A stretch of 64,000 bases of DNA from an uncultured Planctomycetota bacterium (GTDB lineage: Bacteria; Planctomycetota; Planctomycetia; Isosphaerales; Isosphaeraceae). This document shows, piece by piece, positions 55,549-64,000 of the stretch (position 1 is the first letter of the stretch; the number at the start of each line of letters is the position of its first letter). The notes below the pieces were generated by a model that was given only the letters and a program-made list of their open reading frames with translations, had not been told where the DNA came from and ran no database searches. Position numbers and translations under genes: made by a program. Where the stretch lies: the NCBI GenBank assembly GCA_963845755.1, contig CAWJTV010000031.1:64001-128000 (forward strand), given 5' to 3'.

Positions 55549-56310
55549 GTGAAAGCGTCCAGGCGGTTCTCGCCTTGCTCATGATCATCGGCATGATCGG
55601 GAGTGTCCTGGTCTTCATGAACGACCGGGTCAACTGGGCAGCATTCGGCGGCATGCTCACGCTCATGATCAGCAGCCTCGGACTGCTGATCTGGTCGCTT
55701 CTCCGTCGCGACAAAGTGCCGGATTTGTTGAAGAACCTCCCGGGGCCGTCGATGGAACGAGATGGCTTCTGTTTCAAGGTCCTTACCAACCCCGTGAAGG
55801 GACGTTGTTATCTCGATCTGTACTTTCAGAACCGTTACGAGCGGCCGAGTCGAGCGATCGTCGTCCTCCAGCCTTCCAAAGGGTTCTTCTTGATGCGGCC
55901 CGATTTGGCCAGCATGACCGTGGAGATCGAATGCCCCGCGGGCGGTTATGGGATGACGAGTGTCCCCTGGCCGGTCGCCAAGAAGTTCCAGGGTAAAGCC
56001 CAGTGGTTGGACGTCGGCGCTGATGTGCTCTATCCCGAAGGACGGGGGAAGATGATCCGCTACCGCGGGGGTCTTCAGGTCCGCACCGCGGGTCGCGACA
56101 CCTGGAAGGCCATCATCACCGTAGCCGGAGCGATGGGCGGAGCGATTGTCCTTAGCAAGCCGGCCAGGGTGAAGTTGAGGTTTCCTGTTCGACGTCGAAG
56201 AGTCGGTTGACGATGACCTGCCGATCTTTACGAAGATCATGTGGAAGGTGGGCGATCCTCTGAACCAGGCTGCACCCCGGAAGAGCGTTCTGACCCATCC
56301 CGACCTCTGA
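55545..56310 (+). CDS. 2-TM membrane protein with beta-rich soluble domain (frameshift ~56188)
   Basis: ATGA overlap with the kinase-cyclase gene; two N-terminal TMs; the shifted frame ends at TGA 56308-56310. Confidence 0.65.
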
Positions 56311-56536
56311 CTCGATGGCTTTGAAACTCCACGAACGCCCCCCGCACAGACTCGGCGGACTCGACTACTGATTCCCGTAGTGTCCTCGAGACGGGAGAGC
56401 CCGTATAATCAATCGCGCAGCACGACTGCGATTTCCGTCCTGCGGTCTCAATGGTCGTCGACGGTGTGGGTGTCAAGGCCGTTCTGCGGAGATCTCGGGA
56501 AGGCCGGGATGACTCCGTGAGGGAGGGTTCGGCGCA

Positions 56537-56755
56537 ATGGTGAACGAGGAATTGCTGGCGCTGTTGGTCTGTCCCATGGGGAAGGCCCCGTTGCGCCGAG
56601 AAGGCGACACGCTGATCTGCACGCGGTGCGGGCCGCGGTTCTCGATCAAGGACGATATCCCCGATATGCTGGTCGAGCACTCCGAGTTACCTCCGGGTTG
56701 CACCAGTCTAGCCGATCTCGAATGTGTGAGGTCGGGAGATGTCAAGATCGATTGA
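56537..56755 (+). CDS. Trm112/YcaR-family small protein
   Basis: LLALLVCPMGKAPL...LICTRCG..FSIKDDIPDML; GGAGG RBS. Confidence 0.85.
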   Translation: MVNEELLALLVCPMGKAPLRREGDTLICTRCGPRFSIKDDIPDMLVEHSELPPGCTSLADLECVRSGDVKID

Positions 56756-56885
56756 TCGAACAGCGCTTCCGGATTCGGGGATCCGATCTGTCCGGAAGTC
56801 TCCAACCAGTCAACCTCGCGGGCCTCACTGGGCGAGGGGATCTCGAGCGTCGCAGCAAGGGAGGCTTGCACCGTGATCGACCGCG

Positions 56886-57155
56886 TCACGATCTCTCGCC
56901 GGGCGATTCCCCGTCCTCGCCGCCCCCGGTGAGCTCAATGGTTGGGCCATCTTCGAGTGATATCGTGTCTCCCACGATCATCTGGCGACGCTTGCGCAAC
57001 TCGACCTCACCGTTGACCTTGACCACGCCCCCGGCAATCCATGTCTTGGCCTCGCCGCCGCTCTGAACCAGGCCGGCGAGCTTGAGAACCTGGGTGAGGT
57101 TGATCGGACGATTCCCGATCGAAATGGTCTGCCGTCGATGCCCGTGGCGGCTCAT
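56886..57155 (-). CDS. S4-domain RNA-binding protein (YbcJ/YaaA-like)
   Basis: INLTQVLKLAGLVQSGGEAK...VKVNGEVELRKRRQMIVGD. Confidence 0.9.
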   Translation of the reverse strand: MSRHGHRRQTISIGNRPINLTQVLKLAGLVQSGGEAKTWIAGGVVKVNGEVELRKRRQMIVGDTISLEDGPTIELTGGGEDGESPGERS

Positions 57156-57479
57156 TCTTCCAGGTTTCCATCGCAGGTGGGGATCAGGAATTGCTCGCAA
57201 ACATCTATGAGATCATGCTTGATCGGAATCCGACGAACCAGGCACTCGCCTCCGGCCTCGCTCTCATACGGAAGAAAGCCTACCTCTGGCCGATTACCGC
57301 GTCGTTATTCGCGTCCCATGAGTTCTACTCACGGTTCATCAGCGGCACTTGAGGTTTCCAGGGAGAATCCATGATCCGAGAAAACTGCCCCTGACATTTT
57401 TTCCAGGGGACTATATCGTGCCTGGCCGTGGGGCGCGTCGCTTAAACGCCGCAACGAGTCTCCAGGGAAGGTCGAACTC

Positions 57480-57686
57480 ATGCAACGATCGATTCCCGTG
57501 GGCGAAATTGTCTCGTTCACGCTGAACACAGGTCAAACGGGCCGAGGCCAAGTCGTTCAACGCATCGCCGAGAGACGCCAGCCGGTGATCCTCCTGATCG
57601 AGCAAGCCAACGGCTGGCGATGTTTCCGGTTCGAGGAAGAGGTCAAGCTGATTCAGGCTCCGGTGGCCATGGCATCGAGTTATTGA
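57480..57686 (+). CDS. small hypothetical protein, possibly SH3/KOW-like beta-barrel
   Basis: 68 aa; purine-rich RBS; strand pattern IPVGEIVSF...GRGQVV...ILLIE...FEEEV. Confidence 0.45.
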   Translation: MQRSIPVGEIVSFTLNTGQTGRGQVVQRIAERRQPVILLIEQANGWRCFRFEEEVKLIQAPVAMASSY

Positions 57687-57782
57687 CCGAAACCTCGTAG
57701 CCTCTTCGAGTTGGAGCGAGCACTACTCGTTGGGACCGCCTGGGAGGCGGTGAGACGACTAGCGAGGCGTCGGCGAGCCTTA

Positions 57783-58325
57783 TCAGTGGAATCCTCGCCT
57801 CCGGAGTTGACTATAGCTCTGGAGGGCGATTTCGATGATGGGCAGTGCTTTTTCAGAGGATTGGATCTCCTCGACCTCGACCGACTTGCCTTCCAGCATC
57901 TTGTAGTCCTGGAAGAACCGGCGCAGCATCATCAGGCGATGGGCAGGCAGCTCGGATGCCTCGGTGAAACTATTGAATTCCGGATCATTCACGGCCACGG
58001 CCAGGATTTTGTGGTCGCTCTTCCCGCCGTCGAGCATCGTCATCAAACCGATGGCACGGGCCGCGACGAGGGTGAGCGGAGACAGGGGCTCTTGACAGAG
58101 GACCAGGACATCAAGCGGATCATCATCTTCCGCATATGTCTGAGGTATGAACCCGTAATTCGCCGGATAGTAGACCGCTGAATATAGCACCCGGTCCAGC
58201 CGCAAGAGTCCCGTTCGCTTGTCGAGCTCGTACTTGACGCTCGACCCCATCGGGATCTCCACGAGGGCATTGAATTCCGTAGGAAGGTGCTCACCAGGGG
58301 TTACGTCGTGCCAGGGGTGAATCAT
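57783..58325 (-). CDS. ppa: inorganic pyrophosphatase (family I)
   Basis: Motifs [44 protein letters not shown]. Confidence 0.97.
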   Translation of the reverse strand: MIHPWHDVTPGEHLPTEFNALVEIPMGSSVKYELDKRTGLLRLDRVLYSAVYYPANYGFIPQTYAEDDDPLDVLVLCQEPLSPLTLVAARAIGLMTMLDGGKSDHKILAVAVNDPEFNSFTEASELPAHRLMMLRRFFQDYKMLEGKSVEVEEIQSSEKALPIIEIALQSYSQLRRRGFH

Positions 58326-58570
58326 GATGTCTCTTGCAGGTTGAGTATCGCTCGAACCCCGAGCGATCCATGTCGAACACAAATCCTCGACCGTCCAGGC
58401 GCTTTTATCGAGGGATCCGGGGCCCGGTCACCTCGCATCGCATCACCATTTCGGGGAAGTCGTGGGGATTCCGGCTACTTTCGTCTTGGAGTCGGCGCGG
58501 ATATAAGACAGTATACTCTAGTCAGCCACTCTTCGTTCATCCTGATTCGACAACTTTGGTGAAGTCGCCC

Positions 58571-60618
58571 ATGAGCACCTTGAATTGTTCTCGTAGGGCG
58601 CATCTCAGCGCGCCCTCGATCCCGTCGCCTCGACGGTGCCGTCGATTCGCCCTGACTGGCGAACCTCTGGAAACTCGACAACTGCTTTCGGCGGCGGCCT
58701 TTCAACCGAGCGCTGCGTTGAGCCCGGCCCCAGCTCCGGTTCTCAGCCCGACCAGTGTCGCCTCGATTGGGCCTTTGGCTTCCTCCCCGGGAAGTCCCCC
58801 GGGATTCTCGCCGACACAGATCCAGACAGGGTACGGTCTGAGCGCGATCACCCTCAATAGCGCGAAGGGAAGCGTCGCGGGCAACGGTGCCGGACAAACC
58901 ATCGCGCTGATCGAGGAGTACTACGACCCGAACCTCTGGTCGAATCTCAACACGTTCGATAACCAATTCGGCTTGAGCGCCCCGCCGTCGTTTATCCAGT
59001 ACGTCCAATCGGGCCTGCGATCCGACAACACAGGCTGGGCGCTCGAGACCGCGCTGGACGTCGAGTGGCGCATGCCGTCGCGCCGGACGCAAACATCGTG
59101 GTCGTCGAAGCGGCGCCGGGCCCCTCTTCCAATCCGCTCGAATACCTCCTCAATGCGGTGGATTTCGCGAGCGGATTGTACGGCGTTTCGGTGGTCTCGA
59201 TGAGCTGGGGAAGCGGCGAGTTTTCCGGTGAAACGGCGGACGACAGCGTGTTCCTGACGCCGGCGAATCACAACAATGTCTCGTTCGTGGCCTCTTCGGG
59301 CGACTCGTCGGTGGTGGAATATCCCTCGTCTTCGCCCAATGTCCTGGCCGTCGGCGGCACGAACCTGACTCTGAACAGCAACGGCACATACAGCTCCGAG
59401 ACCGGATGGAATGGCAGTGGCGGTGGGAAGAGTTCCTACGAAGTGGAGCCTTCGTATCAGGACCCGGTCCAGGCGACAGGCCAGCGGACCACTCCCGACG
59501 TCGCGTGGGACGCCAACCCGAACTCGGGTGTCGCTGTGTATGACTCGGTGGGCGGTTACGGCTGGGCCGAAGTCGGAGGCACGAGCGTCGGTGCGCCCTC
59601 CTGGGCGGGCCTGATCGCGATCGCCGATCAAGGTCTCGCGTTGAACAATCAGCCCGCGCTGACCAATGCCCAGTTGAGTGCCAGCCTTTACAGCTCGCCC
59701 GGCTCCGCTTTCCACGAGATCAGCAGTGGCAACAGTGGCCAGAACAATGCCGGCGCGGGATACAATCTCGTCACGGGCCTCGGCAGCCCGGTCGCCAGTT
59801 CCCTGGTCACGGACCTGGTGGCCGCCGCCGGCAAGGGGAGGAGCGCGATTGCCTCCGTCTCTGCGATATCTGTTGCGGGCCAGACGACCTCGGGATCAGG
59901 CGTCGTAAGGACCCACGATGTGAACAACAGCACATCGGACACGCTCGTAACCAGTTCCTCGACCGACGCGAGTTCGATCTCGCCCGTCGAGATCACGCCA
60001 CTGAACCCGACGATTCTGAACCTACCCTCTGCGAACGGTTTGGTGGTCGTGGTGATCGTACCTCAACCGGTCGTCATCCACCTCAACGCGAGCACGGAGC
60101 CGGTGACAACCCAAGCGGTCCTCGCGACGGCCACGAGCCTGGAAGGGCCGACGATCTCAACCCATTTTGGCCAGGGAGGAATCCCCGACCCGATCGGGCT
60201 GGTACCATCGAAGTCGAAACCCGTCCCGACACAAGAGCCCGCGCCAGTCGACGTGGTCGAGCCATTCCAGCCCGGCGAGGCCGAACCCGCACCTCCGGGT
60301 CAGGGCCAACCCGCTCCGGTGCCGGATACCGCATGGGCCCGCTCGTTGCCCGTATCCTCGGCGCCGGTCGTCGAGACCGTTCTCGATCTCTCGGATTGGG
60401 ACCTGTTCTCCACCGCGACCCGGAGTGAATCGTCTGGGCCGGTTGAAGGCCGCCCCTCCTGGGTGCCCTCGACGTCGATGTTCGGTATCGCCGCCGTGGC
60501 CATGGGCGGGTATCACCTCGCGTTGCGGCAGTCCGACCGTTTTCACGGACGCTGGGTCCCCGGACGGTCGAGAGCCAGGCGTTCAGCCGCTGCTCGCCAC
60601 GTTCCCGCCATTCGCTAA
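58571..60618 (+). CDS. S53 (sedolisin-like) serine peptidase with planctomycete export motif, frameshift ~59068
   Basis: EPLETRQLLS motif; catalytic ETALD, SSGD, GGTS.GAP; Ca-site GYNLVTGLGSP; long S/T/P-rich tail. Confidence 0.88.
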
Positions 60619-60842
60619 TGTTGCGTCCACCTCGGATGGATCGGTTGGAGTCCCCGCTCCAGCCGGTCCTTTCCGCTTCAGCGCAGAACTCCAGACCATC
60701 GATAATCCCTGTCGCAAGCGGCGAACAAGGCGCCGATCTTCTCCCTCCCTCACGAAAACGGGGTAGGGAGGGTCCTGCGGTAGACGAATTCGAGCCTGTG
60801 CGGGCCAATCGTGAATCGTTCGAGTTTATCCGCGCACGACCT

Positions 60843-61784
60843 TCATCTCCCCGGTTTCTGGAACAAATCGAGGAATCGGTCCTCGAACTCCTTGTAGAGG
60901 TCGAGTCGATCCAACTCGCGTTTGAGTTCATAGGCCTTGGAGCGGTCTTTACTGGCCTGGCGGAAGAGCGCCTCGATGCGATCTCGATCTTCCGTCGAGG
61001 CACCTTCCCCTTCGTCGAAGCTCGGTTCGAACTCGGTGGACTCGCCCTCCGCCGGCGGCTCCTGCTGTTCGAGGGCCTCCTCGAACTTCTCCAGGACTCC
61101 GCCCAGCCTCTGATCGACTTCCTTGGCCTGCTCGGCCAGCTCGTCGAGGTCGATCTGAATGTTCGCGATGGTGGAGAAGGCCTCGAGCACAGCCAGCGAT
61201 GCCTTGGGAAAGGGCCACGTTCTGAAGAGGTGAGGCATCTCGCCGAGCAGGCAGGCGCCTCGCAGGCCGCTCTCGGCCGCCACGCCCAGCAGCACGCCGT
61301 TGAGCCCGCCGATCTGGCCATCCTCGAGGACCTCCAGCTCCAGTCGCTTCAGCTCGGCGAGGCTCGCATCATCGGTCGCCGCGACGAAGACGCGCGAGGC
61401 ATGTTCCGGATGCATCTGAGTCGCCATCGCAGCGAATGTATACACACGCTCCACGCCAAGTTGCCGGGCGAACTCGATGAGCTGGCGACAGAAGGCATTT
61501 CGTCCCTTCGGTGGCTGGGCCTCCCCGATGAACACGACGATGTCATTCTTGCCGCGCGGGTCCTTCCAGGCGAAGAACCGGCTGCGCGGTAGGCGGCCGG
61601 TACGGATCAGCCCCCCCTTTACCTCAACGTGCTCGACGTCGAAGAGCTCCTGGGCTGAGAATTCGGCCAGGATGTGCATGCCCAGCTTCGTCACAAGGTA
61701 GTACCCGGCGCTGATGGCCACATGCCCCATTCCCGGCCAGACCGCGACCAGCCACGGTTTGTCCAGTTTCAATTCGCCTGCCAT
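60843..61784 (-). CDS. PAC2-family (proteasome assembly chaperone-like) protein
   Basis: VAVWPGMG.VA, IGEAQP, GQIGGLNG, CLLGE, PKASLAVL; acidic C-terminal extension. Confidence 0.85.
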   Translation of the reverse strand: MAGELKLDKPWLVAVWPGMGHVAISAGYYLVTKLGMHILAEFSAQELFDVEHVEVKGGLIRTGRLPRSRFFAWKDPRGKNDIVVFIGEAQPPKGRNAFCRQLIEFARQLGVERVYTFAAMATQMHPEHASRVFVAATDDASLAELKRLELEVLEDGQIGGLNGVLLGVAAESGLRGACLLGEMPHLFRTWPFPKASLAVLEAFSTIANIQIDLDELAEQAKEVDQRLGGVLEKFEEALEQQEPPAEGESTEFEPSFDEGEGASTEDRDRIEALFRQASKDRSKAYELKRELDRLDLYKEFEDRFLDLFQKPGR

Positions 61785-61887
61785 CCTTCCGCTCCCTTAC
61801 TGGCAACATGCCGAACTGATTCGGATTCCCCAGGATCTCGATGAGGCGCACAACCGGAGATCCCCCGAACGAGACCTCATCGGTCGC

Positions 61888-61975
61888 GGATTCTTGGGGA
61901 TTCCGCATTCAAGTTTCAACCTTCAAGATTCTCCATGAGGACGATCCCAGTTTGTGGAATCGGGACTCTGAAACG
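61888..61975. repeat. degenerate heptamer repeat tract
   Basis: GGATTCC-GCATTCA-AGTTTCA-ACCTTCA-AGATTCT ... GGAATCG-GGACTCT. Confidence 0.45.
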
Positions 61976-62596
61976 TCTCCTTGGTTGCGGCCGAATGCGG
62001 CGGGAAGACCATGTCTTCGCGGCCGCAACGCGGCAACACCGATCCCTCGGAGGATTGAACGGCACCGTCGTGCACGGTTTTCGCGACTCACTGGCAGTGT
62101 ACCAGACTTGGCGGCGCCGCGGACCGATGATCCGTTACCGATCTCTCGTTTTCCTCGGACGGTGAGAGTTGCCACGGTTGCAGGAGGTTGGGTCCGCAGT
62201 CCTGGACGATCCAGACGCCGTGTTGCTTCTTTCCCAAGACGGCCATGTCCCACGCGGACAAAGGGCCGGTCCTTGTTTTTCGATGGCAATCTTGAGTAGT
62301 AGAATAGACTGATGTCTTCGAGTAAAACCGAATTTGATGTGTTGATCGTCGGATCAAGATGATAAATGGAATGGTCCGCCATCTCGGTCTCGATTCGCTC
62401 CGCCTACGTTTCGGCCAGGAATGAACCGATTGGACCGCCGAAAAAAAGGCTGATTGAGCCTACTACGCAGTTCCCCATCTTGACCGGGATTGATGATCCT
62501 GGTTGATCCGACCTCCGGCTGATCTTACAATTGTCAGGAAATCGGATAGGTCTCCATGCGGGTCGCCCTCGGATCCGCGCGACGCCTGGAGAGGAC

Positions 62597-64000
62597 ATGC
62601 GCATGGCGAATTCGGATGAAGCGACAGCCGCTCCCCTCATGGCCACGAATCGCGGTTCGCAGAAGATGCTTCAATTGCTGCGAAAGCGTCTCCGGCAACT
62701 CCTGTGGATCACGGCGGGCCTGGCCATTCTCCTGGCTCTGATCTCCGGGATCTTCGGGATCTGGTGGCTGAACAGTCTCAACGGGCTGCCCGACATCGGC
62801 GATCCGTTCGATGTGGCCGAGTTGCATAGATTCCAGATCCCTGACGATCAGAATGCCTTCACGTATCTCCGGCTCGCGGATCAGAAGCTGACTCCCCTGT
62901 CGGACCTTCAAACCGTGCAGGCCACCGCGTCGAAAGTCGGCTGGTCGAAGGCCGATCCGAAGCTCCGCGCCTGGGCGGAGGCAAATCGTTCCGTGCTTGC
63001 CATGTTTCAAAAGGCGGCCGATCAAACTGACGGTCTCGCACATCCCGTCGGTCAAGGTTTCTCGCCTCAGTACGGATACGTGTATCCCCATCGGCTGGCG
63101 TGGCTGGCTTTTCTGGAAGGCGCGCGTCTCGAGGAACTCGGAGATCGGGCCGGTGCCTGGGACTGCTATCGTGCGATCCTCCGCGTCGTGACGCACTTTC
63201 GGCGACGTGGGTCCGCGATCGAACGAACGATCGCCAACGATTTCTTCGGGCAGCTACGAGCGAGGCTCGAAACCTGGTCCGCCAATCCCAGGACCCCAAT
63301 CCCGCTGCTCCGCCAGGCCCTGGAGGAAGCCATTGCGAATCAACCGCGTCCCGAGTGGGATGCGTTCTCGCTCAAGGTGGATTACCTGTTGATCATGAAC
63401 CTCCTGGAACGGCCTATTCATAACCAAGTCGCTGATGTGATCGGTGAAGACCTTGATTATCGCCTAGGGAATTACCAACTCCCCTCCGACCTGGCGGTTT
63501 ATGTTTTCATAGGACAACGCTTCGCATTACGAGAGCCCGAACGAAGCCGGCGAGTGACCCGGCTGGTCTTCGCCAACTGGATTGCGCATTTCGAAGACGC
63601 GGGAATGCGGAAGAGCCCGCCGGCCGTTCTGGCCTACTCGTCGAGGGGGAGAAGCCGATTGCCACTCTACCCCGTCAGTCCCCAGGCGCCTGCCGGCGCC
63701 CGTGCGCTCACGCCTCGAGAAACCGCAAGGTGGGTTGTGACGACCAAGGACGCCGAACGCTTTCTGCACGATTGGTTTTCGCCATCCGCTCGCGGTCGGG
63801 AACGACTGGGGTATCACGACCTGATCATGACGCTGGCTGAAGAGCTCTACCGGCGTGAACACGGGTCAGAACCACCGTCCGATCAAGCCTTGGTGGGGAC
63901 CTATCTTCCAAGCCTGCCCGACGACGGATCGGCCGATCTCGACCAGGGAAAAACTCCGGTCGTGACGGATTCGGGCACATCGGACGAATCGCAACCCAGG
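62597..64000 (+). CDS. hypothetical single-TM helical protein, runs off the window end (absent from the ORF track)
   Basis: GGAGAGG RBS and a 468-codon frame to the end of the window: MRMANSDE...LLWITAGLAILLALISGIFGIWWLNSLNGLPDIGDPFDV...ELYRREHG...LVGTYLPSLPDD. Confidence 0.75.
   Translation, partial: MRMANSDEATAAPLMATNRGSQKMLQLLRKRLRQLLWITAGLAILLALISGIFGIWWLNSLNGLPDIGDPFDVAELHRFQIPDDQNAFTYLRLADQKLTPLSDLQTVQATASKVGWSKADPKLRAWAEANRSVLAMFQKAADQTDGLAHPVGQGFSPQYGYVYPHRLAWLAFLEGARLEELGDRAGAWDCYRAILRVVTHFRRRGSAIERTIANDFFGQLRARLETWSANPRTPIPLLRQALEEAIANQPRPEWDAFSLKVDYLLIMNLLERPIHNQVADVIGEDLDYRLGNYQLPSDLAVYVFIGQRFALREPERSRRVTRLVFANWIAHFEDAGMRKSPPAVLAYSSRGRSRLPLYPVSPQAPAGARALTPRETARWVVTTKDAERFLHDWFSPSARGRERLGYHDLIMTLAEELYRREHGSEPPSDQALVGTYLPSLPDDGSADLDQGKTPVVTDSGTSDESQPR

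Noticed and set aside
1..64000. tRNA, rRNA, prophage or integrase
   Set aside because: No cloverleaf with T-loop consensus, rRNA-like tract, phage structural gene or recombinase was recognised.

Overview
GC-rich bacterial DNA, very probably a planctomycete of the Isosphaeraceae/Gemmatales type. This is inferred from an ECF sigma + giant TPR Ser/Thr kinase pair, a DUF1570 zincin, a LE.R.LLS export motif and prenyltransferase-barrel/VWA proteins. About 45 genes are present. Many are broken by single-base indels, most likely uncorrected long-read errors, so several calls join ORF fragments. No rRNA, tRNA or CRISPR array was seen. Highlights: (1) a five-gene operon at 2.7-12.1 kb encoding two non-canonical Hsp70 ATPases (one lidless, one with the lid replaced by a VWA domain), two membrane-anchored degenerate FHA proteins and an exported alpha/alpha-barrel + VWA protein, interrupted by a dead MNT-HEPN module; (2) a ~1,200-aa pseudokinase-kinase-START-like-Cys4-degenerate class III cyclase fusion at 51.9-55.5 kb; (3) a ~2,180-aa ECF-coupled kinase with a CBM9-like domain nested inside an Ig-like domain; (4) a complete IS4-family element with a 10-bp target duplication, a REP-like palindrome and dispersed heptamer-built hairpins. 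The rest is an LPS-related cluster and ordinary metabolic, transport and regulatory genes (rpe, amtB, ppa, MFS, AKR, SDR, S53 peptidase, PAC2 and others).
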